Shown: positions 13,068 to 24,142 of the stretch, in pieces | How positions within the stretch are numbered: position 1 is the first letter of the stretch | Layout of the letters: each line of letters begins with the position of its first letter | DNA from: Neoconidiobolus thromboides FSU 785 | Taxonomy: Eukaryota > Fungi > Entomophthoromycota | Direction of reading: 5' to 3' | Assembly: GCA_025603075.1 (NCBI GenBank) | Contig: MU626412.1 | Coordinates: 1-47,288, forward strand | DNA: 47,288 nucleotides | The notes under the pieces: model-generated | Databases searched by the model: none | What the model was told of the DNA's origin: nothing | What the model saw: the letters and a program-made list of their open reading frames with translations, nothing else | Position numbers and translations under genes: made by a program

Positions 13068-13973
13068 TTTATTAATATTAAAAACAAAAAACAAACAAAT
13101 AAGAAAATAAATTGTAATTATTTTTTAATAAAAAAGGAAGCATAAAAACAATTAAGAGATGTAAAAAAGATTACGGAATTATTATTTTTAACTTGTACCA
13201 ATCAAAAGTAGAATAAGAATAAAAAGCTTAAGTAATGTTACAAGTAATAAATCCAATTTCACTTTTAAATTATTTTAAAAATAAATAATATTTTTATTAA
13301 TATTTTCATCTTTTTAATAAAATAATTTAATCTTTTAGAACCTTAATTTTAAAGTTGTTTTTTTCTATTGGAAATAACATTTAATAAACTTCAACTTAAA
13401 AAGGTAATAAGTTAATTGTTTTATTTTCAATTAATAATAATTTATATTAATAAAATAAACTAAAAAAATAATTTAAATTATTATAATAGAAAAAATACAT
13501 ATTAATTATTTCATTATTCAATTATTATGAGATTTCAATTAAATTTGGAAATCTATTTTTATTACTGAAAATACAAAATATATAAAATATATAAAAATAA
13601 GTTAATAAAGATAATTTATTTTATTAAATAAAATATAATCCAATTAAAATTATTATTTTTATTAATTAAATAGTGTTTGTTGTCAATGTCAATGTTTAAA
13701 CTTAAGTGATTAGATTTTATAAAATTAAATATTGAAATATATCTCAAAATGAAATAAAATTGCAATTAAATTCTGAAACTAATATATATACATATATTCA
13801 CAAAATATTTTAGGATTTATTTATTATATAATTTAAATATGTTTTTTATTTAGCATTTTATTTTTATTTTTTAAGTATTATTCTATTTGAGATGGAAAAA
13901 AGTTATTAGAATTAAATATAAAGATCTTTTTATTTTTGACATCTTTGAATTATTTTTAAAAAAAAGAGAATAT

Positions 13974-14070
13974 GGGGGGTATTTTTTTGACTTCACTTTT
14001 TGCATTTTTTAAGCGCTATTTGAGCAAAAAAAATTGCTAGTAAAATTCTTGGACAAAAAAATACATCCCC
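13974..14070 (+). mobile_element. MITE-like repeat, copy 5
   Basis: GGGGGGTATTTTTTTGACTTC...TTAAGCGCTATTTGAGC...AAAATACATCCCC with ATAT / ATAT flanks. Confidence 0.9.
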
Positions 14071-14597
14071 ATATTCTAGAAATACTTGTATAATTAGTTA
14101 GCCAAAATCAAAAGTCAAAATGAGGCTTATGAAAAAGAAAAAATATTCAAAAATTCAATTCAATTATTTGATAAAACAATTACTCGTTTTTATTTAACTT
14201 CCTTGTAATTGTTATAATTCAATTTGAAAAAAGTTTTCTACTTTTATTAATATTCTAATATTATTCTATTATTAATTTGATTTAAAAATACACTCTCATT
14301 TGTATTCTGTCAATTGTTTTGTCAATTGGTTTCAACTTTTCACATTAATCTTATTCACCCAAATGACCTAAGCATTTTAAAAGCTTTTATTAACTAAGCC
14401 AATCAAACTAAATTTAATTGAACCAACAAAAACTGAAACATGTGAAAAGGAGATATTAAATTAAGTTAATAAATTAAGTTAAGTTTTTTTTACTTTATAT
14501 TTTATATTTTATATTTTATACTTTATATTTTATATTTTATACTTTATATTTTATATTTTATTTTGCCTTTTTATTAATATATATATCAATAAAGACA

Positions 14598-16058
14598 ATG
14601 AAAACAATTACTTATAACCCAATGGAAACAAAAAGTTTAACTCGACGTCAATATTTGATGAATTTAATATCTCAATTTCCAATTTATAAATTAATTCAAT
14701 ATTTAATTTATTATATCTTAGGAGGTGGAGTTGCATGGAAGCTATTATCTTATATCCTCCCATTTATAGCACAAAAATTATTAAATCAAAGTATATTAAA
14801 AATTGATTCTATATTTATTAATGAATGTCAAGCTGATTCAATGATGATGTATACTAATTTATCTTTAGAAAAAGTGGGACCAGTACCAGTTACTATTAAA
14901 TTTGATGAGGAAGTGAAGTTTGGATTTATGAAAGATGGGGAAGTTAAAATATTTGGTTGTGTAGATATGCCTATATTAGAAGTTCAACCTAATATTAGAA
15001 ATATGAAAAGTATCGGATTAAAACTGAAGATTAAAGAAGTAGAATTAATGAGTGAATTTTGTAAATATATATTAAATGGAAGTTTAGATTGTGAATTATA
15101 TTTAATTGGGAAATGTAATATTTATTTATTTGGTTTAATACCAATTAAAAATTTGAACTTAAATAAAATTATATCAATTACAGGAATGAATTCATTAAAG
15201 GAATTAACAATCAATAAAATAAGAGTATTAAATGGAGATTTAAATAATATTTATTTAAATGTAGTATGTAATTTATTTAATCCTTCTTTATTTGAAATTG
15301 AATTTGGGCAAGTGAATTTTAATTTGTATTATAAAAATTGTAATATTGGGCATATTACAATGGAGAAGATGAATTTAAATTGTGATTCAAATACTTTAGA
15401 TTCCATGACTTATTTTCATCCATTAGAAAAAGATACATTAATTGCAGGTGAATTATTAAGTCAATTTTGTTCAGGAAAGGAGAGTGATATTGTTATTAAA
15501 GGAAATCATCCCAATTCTCACCCTATTCAATATTGGAAAGAGGCTTTAGAAGATTTATTAATTCCTTGTAAAATGATGGGTATTAAAGAAAAATTAATTA
15601 AATGTGCAAGACTACAATTAAATCCAAGTTCTTTATTATCAGGTATTTGGAATTCAGCTGCTCCTTCTAAATTAGAATTATATAATCCATTTGAATGTAA
15701 TATTTATATTAAAAAAATTGAATCGGATGTATTTATGAATAATAATAATAATAATAATAATCATATAAAAGACAATAATGATAATAATAATAACTTAATA
15801 ATACAAGATAATATTGGTAGTTTAATTAAAGATTTAAAATCACATCCACTATTAATGAATAGTAAAACAATTACAATATCTAGTCAAATGGATTTAAAAT
15901 TAAATTTAGATTTTCAAAAATATAAGTTATTATATAATGCTTTAATAAATAATCAATTATTATTTAATGTAGAAGCTAAAATAGAAGCTAATTTAGGTAA
16001 TTATCCTTGTGAAATTAATTATGTTCAACAAAATGTTCCTATTGATTTTGGATTATAA
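14598..16058 (+). CDS. DUF3712-type (LEA2-like beta-sandwich repeat) membrane-anchored protein
   Basis: 486-aa ORF with an N-terminal hydrophobic anchor, ISITGMNSL and NPSLFEIEFGQVNFNLYY motifs, and LYNPF...I repeats typical of DUF3712 proteins. Confidence 0.7.
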   Translation: MKTITYNPMETKSLTRRQYLMNLISQFPIYKLIQYLIYYILGGGVAWKLLSYILPFIAQKLLNQSILKIDSIFINECQADSMMMYTNLSLEKVGPVPVTIKFDEEVKFGFMKDGEVKIFGCVDMPILEVQPNIRNMKSIGLKLKIKEVELMSEFCKYILNGSLDCELYLIGKCNIYLFGLIPIKNLNLNKIISITGMNSLKELTINKIRVLNGDLNNIYLNVVCNLFNPSLFEIEFGQVNFNLYYKNCNIGHITMEKMNLNCDSNTLDSMTYFHPLEKDTLIAGELLSQFCSGKESDIVIKGNHPNSHPIQYWKEALEDLLIPCKMMGIKEKLIKCARLQLNPSSLLSGIWNSAAPSKLELYNPFECNIYIKKIESDVFMNNNNNNNNHIKDNNDNNNNLIIQDNIGSLIKDLKSHPLLMNSKTITISSQMDLKLNLDFQKYKLLYNALINNQLLFNVEAKIEANLGNYPCEINYVQQNVPIDFGL

Positions 16059-16173
16059 AAAAGAATAAAGTGAAAAAGTGTTAATCAAAGAGAAGAAGAG
16101 TGAAGAAAGAGTGAAGAAGAGAGATGAATAACATGTGATGTTGTTATAGTATTATGTAATATTATAAATGAAT

Positions 16174-16437
16174 TTAATTTTTAGGTAAATAAGTATATGG
16201 TATTAAATAAGCGGAATGATCCAATTGATTATCAGATAATGCTGAATGACGAAATTTAATGGAACTTTTATCTAGTGTAAATGATAATTGTTTGATTTCA
16301 GGTTCAAGGATAATGTTGGGTATATTTTTATCTTGTTTTAATTGAAAATAATCAAATAAATTAGATTTATATTTATAAATTATAATAATTATAAGTATTA
16401 TAAGTATTATTATTGATATTAATATATAAGTTATTAA

Positions 16438-16493
<56 letters not shown>

Positions 16494-17661
16494 TATTATC
16501 ATTGTTATTATTAATAATTACATTTGTATTATTAAATTTATCAACTTTTTTTAATAAATTTAAATCAATAATTTGGGTAAATTGATCTGCTATTCCTTTA
16601 TATCCACCAAAAGAATAAACTAAATAATTATTAAAATAAATTAAACAAGCATTTTCTTTCGATTCAAAACCTAATATGTGATATTGTTGCCATGTAAATG
16701 TTTTTAAATTAAGTTGATATAAATATTGAGTTTGATTTGAGTTGAGTTGAATAGTAGTATTAACAATATATTCATTAATTAAATATAGAGTATGATTATT
16801 TAAAATAATATTTTTAAAATCAGAAATTAAAGGTAATTTACCTTTGGGTTTTATTATACTTACTTTCTTTTGTTGAAAATTAATTTTTTTGATATTATTT
16901 AATGAATATGGTTGATCATCTACGTTATTTCCAGCAAAATAATAATATTCTCCTAATTTAATATTAATAAAAATTATAAATATTAATATTAATATTAATA
17001 TTAATTTACCTTGATAAAAAAAACTTTTTTGATTAATACCATAATCTACATTTACTTCTTCTTTCTTAATTTCTCCAGTTAAATAATTAAATTTAAATAA
17101 ACCCATAATAGGTTCAACTTTATCAAGCTTCATATTTGGTTGATTATATTCTCCATTTAACCAAATAAACTCATATTCATTTAAATCATTTTGAGCTATT
17201 GAAAATGAATTTATAAAAAATCGATTATTAATTACTTTTTCATTTAACAATTTAATAAACTTATTATTAAACTTCTCATCTATGGACCATACTTTCTTCT
17301 GAATATTAAACGATTGCAATATTGTATTATTACTTTGACCACCAAAAGAAATCAATTGACTTTTATTAACCAAAAATAGTTGATTATAAATCAAATCAAA
17401 TTTATCACCCAATTTATAATATTCTTTCCAATTACCTTTTGAATTACTTAATTTAAGATCTTCATTTAAATTTAATGAATATACTTTTTGATTTGGAAAA
17501 TAACTGGTAATAGAGGAATCAGCTACTCGACCGCCAAAGTAATAGATGGAAGTATCATGAAGAATACAACTACCACTGGACAGATGAAGATTGTTGAAAG
17601 ACTGAGAATACAAAAAGGGTAATAAAGTGAAGAATACATAAAGTATATTATGAAATTTCAT
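16174..17661 (-). CDS. Secreted/membrane Kelch (galactose-oxidase-like beta-propeller) protein
   Basis: Signal peptide, IYYFGG / LISFGG / YYFAG / LVYSFGG Kelch-like blades, poly-Asn linker and a TM helix. A probable 57-nt in-frame intron lies at 16953-17009 (GTAAAT...TTAG), giving Q-G-E-Y-Y-Y-F-A-G. Confidence 0.75.
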
Positions 17662-17961
17662 TTTATACTGTATAAATGATTAAAAATAGAAAAAAAGATG
17701 TTGAGTTTATTAATTGTGTTGATTATAATGAATATCATTTTATGTTCTATTAATATGTTCTATTGATATGTTCCATTAATATAAAATTTAATAACTTTTT
17801 AAATATTTTGTAAGATGTTAATTAATTGAAACTGAAAATTTTAATTAATTTGGAAATTATTTAAGTTTGAATAAGATTTGACTATGTCATCATATAGATT
17901 TTTTTATATCTAAAATCAATAAAAGCATTAATCTAATAAAATCTTAGTGTATTAAATTACT

Positions 17962-18013
17962 ATTAAATTATGTAATTAAATTATGTAATTAAATTATATA
18001 ATTAAATTATATA
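17962..18013. repeat. 13-bp tandem repeat (ATTAAATTATRTA) x4
   Basis: Four adjacent units are visible in the intergenic DNA. Confidence 0.8.
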
Positions 18014-18160
18014 ATTAATATATATTAAATAATTTCAACAAATTTATTTCTAATATGAATTCAAAAACCTAATTTAAATAAAACGTAAGGAGATTAATCA
18101 ATTAACATTAAAGAAACGATTTATTTCTCTTATAACATATTAGAAAAAAATGGTCCCTTT

Positions 18161-18734
18161 TTAAACTTCATAATCAATAGCTAAAGTTTCTATTAATTAA
18201 AAATAAATTTATTAGTAAGTATATCTTATAACTAAAAAAAGAAATTAAACTTACTATCTACTTCACAACATTCTTTAAAAGCAGTAGCTAATTCTACATG
18301 ATGAGGATGTTGAATATATTCTTTTAGATCCTAATATAATATACATAATATAAATTAAATTAAATTAAATTAAATTAAATAAGTGATAATAAATATAATC
18401 TTACCTCCATCGATTTTAATTCCACTACCAAAGCTATTGATAAAATGATAATTTAATATTTTTTCATTAAATTATTTTACTTATTTACTTACCATGAGTA
18501 TACCCTTTACCACGTTCTGTTAAATTTTTACCAAAACTGGACTTTTGAATGAGTGGTATATGTTGTTTCATATTATTGAAACCAGTACTCACTTTATTAA
18601 AAGTAGTAGCATTGAATTCGGATTTAAGTTGGAAGAGAACTTATAAGAGTAAATAAGAAGGGATTTAATTTAATATTGAATGTTATAATGTAACTATAAA
18701 TGTTAATGTAATTACCTAAATGATATAAAGTCAT
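18161..18734 (-). CDS. Stress-responsive A/B barrel (Dabb) domain protein, 99 aa, 5 exons; not in the ORF track
   Basis: Exons 18716-18734, 18493-18639, 18405-18433, 18255-18330, 18161-18189, all GT-AG and phase-compatible (300 nt). Protein: MTLYHLVLFQLK...HIPLIQKSSFGKNLTERGKGYTHALVVELKSMEDLKEYIQHPHH...LAIDYEV. Confidence 0.88.
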
Positions 18735-18897
18735 TATTTTTTAACTGATTATTGAAAATAAGATAAGAAAAATGAGTTTGAAATTTATTACGTTTTTTCA
18801 TTAATTTTCGCTTTTATTAATTCATTTTCAAGTTCTAATTTATGCTAAATTCTTTTTTTAAATTCTTCAATTGAATTCCTTTTTATTCTTTGATCAA

Positions 18898-19979
18898 ATG
18901 AAGCGCAAACATAGTTTAATAATGAAACAGGAAGAAATTGAAAATCATATCAATGAAATTAGTACCTCTGTTGTTAATGAATCTACATCAATTAATAATG
19001 AATCTACATCAATTACTAATGAAGCGGTGATAACACCCAATATAACTACTCAACCAAAAACTTCAGTAATTGAAGTTGATTCTAATATTCCATCAAATTT
19101 ATTAAAAGAAACGGAAACACTAATACTTGAAGATGATCAATTGATTTCGGAACTCATTGAACAAGATAATATAACAAATCAAAAACAAATAGAAGAACAA
19201 AAAAAAATGAGTAGTTATACACCTACACAATTGTTAAAGTCCAATTTTTTATTGATTCAAACAGAATTGAGAAAAGTAATTCATAATATTAATTTGGGTT
19301 ATAATTTATTAGCATTTGAATTATTGGCTAAAGTTACTGATCGAATTGTTAATAACTGTGTTGTTTTGGGTAAGCTTATTATTTGTATTAATATTATTAA
19401 ATTATTAAATTATCTTTATTCTTTATATATCCATATATATATTAGGTTTAACTGGTATTGAAAATCCATATCAAATTGATAAACCAGGGTTTTGGTTAGG
19501 CTTAAATAATTGTTGGTTATATTGTTTAAGTCGAATACCATTAGCTATTAATGAAGAACAAAAGATTAAATTAGAGCATCTGAATCATTTAAAAACAATG
19601 TTGATTAATTGGGGTGATGAATTGATTAAATATGGTTTATTAGATTATCAAATGGGTTTATGGCAATCTGATTTGTTAGAATCAATAGATTTGGCTATTT
19701 CTTTAATGAATCCTACTTTACCACCTCCACCACCTCATATTGATTTAAATAAAGTATTACCTAGTTTAGAAGCCTTGGGATTAAATATTCAAAATCCAGA
19801 TATAATTACAATAGATGATACAAATCCAATGGAAGAAAATTCCATTATGTTAAATGAAATGGATTTAAGGGAATTTGCTAATCAAATGATTAATTATCAA
19901 CATGAAGAAAAAGATAAAGAAAATCAACAAGAAGATAATATTTATCAAAATGAATTAAAAGGGAATCAAAATAATCAGA

Positions 19980-20050
<71 letters not shown>

Positions 20051-20227
20051 CAGATGAATAAGGATAATAATTTAACAAAGAATGATAATAAAAGTAATAA
20101 GGAGATAATAGAGATGGATAATAATTTAAATAGAAATAAAAGTATAGAAAGTGTAGAAAATAATAATAAACAAATACTAGATGAAGATAATTCTACTTTA
20201 TCTTCATTAACGGATGAAGAAAATTAA
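18898..20227 (+). CDS. Conserved fungal hypothetical protein (GLLDYQMGLW motif) with poly-Asn tail
   Basis: Exons 18898-19369 and 19446-20227 join two track ORFs in frame (417 aa). Contains FWLGLNNCWL and WGDELIKYGLLDYQMGLWQ, an NESTSI tandem duplication, and (AAT)~23 encoding Asn. Confidence 0.7.
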
Positions 20228-20715
20228 AGATATTTAATAAGAAAAATTAAAATTATAATAAAAATTAAAATAAACTAAAGATGCTTAATAGAATTGAATC
20301 TTAATGCTTCTATCTAATTTTTGTTATTTTAATAGTTTGATTTTGAAATTGAAAAATAAGGGGATAGAATTAGAATTAGAAAGTTTATTAGCTTATCAGT
20401 TTTTAAAGATAAATATAAAGTTTAAAACAATAATAATAAATATAGAAATTAACAAGAGATCAAGTTCAACATATAAAAGAATGATTATGGAGATGTTTTT
20501 TGTTTCAAAATTGTATTAGTAATTTTTCTACTCAATAGCACTTGAAAAATTGAATAGTAAATGAAATTTAAAAACTTTTACATTTTAAAACTTGAAATTT
20601 ATTTTTATTTTTTATTTTCCTTTATTCCATATTAAAATCCACTTTAATTCTTTATTCATACATATTAATTAAAGTATTAAAATGAATAACTATTGACTTA
20701 ATGTTATCAATATTA

Positions 20716-21691
20716 TTATTTCCTTTTTTCTAGATTCTCTTTATTATTATCTCCACTATCATCTTTATCAACTAAATCATTAGAATTACTTTTTGTACTA
20801 GCTTCATTTAATAAAGTAATTGGTGTACTATAAAAATTAGTAATTGGTACAAATGGTAGTTTTAGTTGCTTAGAGTTATTTCCTGATAAATTGAGATTTC
20901 TTTTATTGTTGTCTTTAATCTCATTACTATCTCTTTCTTGTTTAGCTTTAATAATTGAAAATGGATCTTCATCAGTTACATTTGAGTCATTAGATTCAGT
21001 ACTTACTAGTACTTTTTCAATAGTATCAAATGGATCAGATGTCAATAACTCTGGATTTTTTGAATTGAAGATATCGTCTTCTAACAATTTTAAATTTTGT
21101 TTAAACTCATTATTTTCAGGTATTTTTGGTTGTTCTAATTGTTTATTCACTTCTTCTTCACTTTGTTGTTTTTCTATTCTTTCTTTTTCTTCTTCTTCTT
21201 CTTCTTTTTCCTTTATTTTTTGCTTCTCTTCTTTAGTAAATTTAGGAAGTTTACTACTACATTTATCTTCACATTCTAACATACTATAAAAAGGTACACA
21301 TCCTCCACAACCACCATAAATAGCTAATTTACATACTCGATATTTGAAATCAAAATAATAACCTGGGATAGCTGCCCTACAGTTACCTAATTTCATTCGA
21401 ACATAGCAATTTAAATCTCTATTTAATTTAAAGTAATGAAATGTTATTAACTCTTATTTTCTTATAAAATATAGTTATTAAATTACAAAGATTTTTCTAA
21501 GGCAGTAGCATTATTTGGTATCTCTCCATAACAGTGTTGTACATTGAATTTGGGTTTTGTGATACTATTATCGTTAATGTTAAAAAATTTATCAAGTATA
21601 ATGTAGATTACCTTTCAAATTCCATTCTTTTTGTTAAGCTTACAGCCAGCATAAAATTAAGGAAATAGGAAATAAATATATAGAATTTCAT
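20716..21691 (-). CDS. Secreted Kunitz/BPTI-domain protein, paralog A (286 aa)
   Basis: Exons 21612-21691, 21487-21564, 20716-21418. Signal peptide ending near LTKR, then C-x8-C-x15-C-x7-C-x11-C-x3-C (CYVRMKLGNCRAAIPGYYFD...YGGCGGCVPF...CEDKC) and an acidic/charged tail. Confidence 0.85.
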
Positions 21692-21770
21692 TATTGTTTT
21701 TTTATATCCTTAATAATCAACATAAAAAGAAAATGTTCAAAGTATTTTATTTTATTATTATTATTATCCA

Positions 21771-21795
21771 GATCATCAATGATAGCCAAATGTTT
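21771..21795. promoter_or_regulatory. Conserved upstream footprint of Kunitz paralog A
   Basis: GATCATCAATGATAGCCAAATGTTT matches 23127-23151 at 23/25 positions, about 80 nt upstream of the ATG. Contains a TGATAG GATA-type core. Confidence 0.45.
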
Positions 21796-21878
21796 CGATT
21801 TTAAACTAAATCAACAGTAAAAAAAAAAATTTAAAAAGCTATTTTTATTGAAATAACATTCAGTATTTCATTTCCTAT

Positions 21879-22996
21879 TTAAAATCGATTATTTGAACGA
21901 TTATTTCTTACTTTTCGATTTACAAAAGGAGTTCTTTCTCTTCTGGTGAAATCAGCAATACTGGGTTGATTAGCTGCAATTTGAAATCTATTAAATTTAG
22001 TAGGTGGACTTGGTAAATTAAGCGGTAAACCAGGTCCATTTCTCATAACTCTATTTGAATTAGAAAAATTGGGAGAAGGATTAATTGGGTTAGTATAAAT
22101 ATTACTAATAGGTAAATTAGAGAACCTTGGTTGATTAGGAATAAAATTAGGTAATTTAAGGCTTCTACCATTACCACTTGAAATCCCTTTATTTGTCTTC
22201 TCTTCTTTATCTTCAGTAACTGCAAATGGATCTCCATCAAGACTTTTTAAATTACTTACTGTTTCACTACTCTCTTCATCTTTTTTCATATCATTAAAAG
22301 GATCGGATTCGGGTAACTTTGGAATTTTAGAATCAAAGATATCATCTTCTAATAATTTCAAATTTTGTTTAAAAGTTTCTGATTTAGGTACCGTTGGTAC
22401 TTCCAACTTTTTATCTTTTTCTTCTATTTCTTTTTGTTTTCGTTCCATCTCTTCTTTTTGTTTTTTTAATATCTCTTTTTCTTCTTCTTCCCGAAGTTGT
22501 TGTTTCTTTTCTTCAGTAAATTTAGGTAACTTATTACCACATGTATTTTCACATTCTGATATACTATCAAATGGTACACAGCCTGCACAACCACCATAGA
22601 TGTTCACTTTACATTCTCTATATTTTAAATCATAATAATAGCCTGGGATAGCTGCTCTACAATAACCTGTTTCTAATTTAACATAACAGTTTAAATCTCT
22701 AGATATTTCGATTAAATAAATTATTGATTATTTTTATAAAATATAAAAATTAGTCCATGTTTTTATAAAATAGATATATTAAATTACAAGGATTTTTCTA
22801 AAGCAGTGGCATTATTTGGTATCTCTCCATGACAATGTTGTACATTCGCTTTAGGTCCTTGAACACTAATATTGATAATTATTGCTACTAAAGTTATTGA
22901 TAATGTTAAAAATTACCTTTTAGGCTCATTTCTTTTTGATAAGGTTATGGCCAGCATAAAGTTAAGAAAACAAGTTGAAATGAGAAATAATTTCAT
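21879..22996 (-). CDS. Secreted Kunitz/BPTI-domain protein, paralog B (325 aa)
   Basis: Exons 22917-22996, 22788-22865, 21879-22698; the first two exons have the same sizes (80 and 78 nt) as in paralog A. Domain CYVKLETGYCRAAIPGYYYDLKYRECKVNIYGGCAGCVPFDSISECENTC. Confidence 0.85.
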
Positions 22997-23126
22997 TATT
23001 ATCTAATTGTATTTTTAACTATGATAATAATAAATAATAGAATATAATAATAAGTATAAAAATAAAAGGATTTTTTTTATTATGTTTTATAGTTTATTAG
23101 AATTGCTGAATTTTTTTTTGAATTTG

Positions 23127-23151
23127 GATCTTCAATGATAGCCAAATATTT
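23127..23151. promoter_or_regulatory. Conserved upstream footprint of Kunitz paralog B
   Basis: GATCTTCAATGATAGCCAAATATTT, about 130 nt upstream of the ATG; near-identical to 21771-21795. Confidence 0.45.
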
Positions 23152-23713
23152 TCTTTTTAAAGCTAAATAGTTGAGTACTTTTTTATTAGCCTCATTTAAT
23201 TAAACTAGTTAAAGTGTCGAATTTTAAGTGAGGTTTAATACTTAAGTTGACTTTTTATCAATATATTAATATTTTATTTACATAATCAATTACATTAAAA
23301 ACTCAAAGGTTTACCTTATTTTTTTTACCTCTTTATTCTATTATTTTGTTGTTTATTGCTTCTCTGTTTCCTTTCCTTTAATTTCCTTGCATTAATAAAC
23401 ATTCAAAAGTTTTTGGTTGTCAGGCGATTTTTTGAAAAAAAGTAATATTTGGGCATTTTTTGTTGAACAATTTTAATACTGACTTTTCTTCTTAGTAACA
23501 CCCAAAAATAGGTAAGTAACTCAAAAAGATATCTCTCATTTTTTAATTCTATTACAACTGTCAACATTGAAATGTGTAATGTTTTATTTTGATCTATTTT
23601 CAATTTTATATTTGCTGGTTTCTTTGTAATGATGTTTTTAATTTTTTTTAATTATTAAATACAAAAATTATCCAATCCATATTGAAAGTAAATTAGAGGT
23701 TAAAACATTATAT

Positions 23714-23809
23714 GGGGATGTATTTTTGTATTTAAGAGTTTACTAACAATTTTCCACTCAAACAGCGCTTAAAAGGGAAAAAGCAATGAAGCCAAAAAAA
23801 AACATTGCC
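23714..23809 (-). mobile_element. MITE-like repeat, copy 6
   Basis: GGGGATGTATTTTTG...CAGCGCTTAA...AAAACATTGCC with ATAT / ATAT flanks. Confidence 0.88.
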
Positions 23810-24142
23810 ATATATTGTAATGTAAACGGCTATATTTACAAAAATTAGTCTTTCGCATATTAAAAATGGTATCAAAGTTTTAAATATTTAACCAAAGCTT
23901 CAGAATTAGACTTAAAGACTTTTGATCTTTATTTGGAATAAAATTTAACATAAGTAAGAAAATCTCTTTGGTTTAGTAAATGCTCAATTCCAATATCAAA
24001 TGTTTAATGGGCTTTCAAAGTGTCTTAATGCATTTAATCCCATTTTTATTCTTATTAATACAATAATTGTATATTAGACGCCTAAATTTTTAAAAAGTAA
24101 TAAATATTAGCTAGAGGATCCTTGAATATTGGTAAATAAAAC

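Noticed and set aside
19890-20078. Poly-Tyr minus ORF
   Set aside because: Antisense reading of the AAT tract in the plus-strand gene.
20891-21289. 132-aa plus ORF resembling a signal-peptide protein
   Set aside because: Antisense to the Glu/Lys-rich tail of Kunitz paralog A; the S/F/L bias comes from complementary codons.
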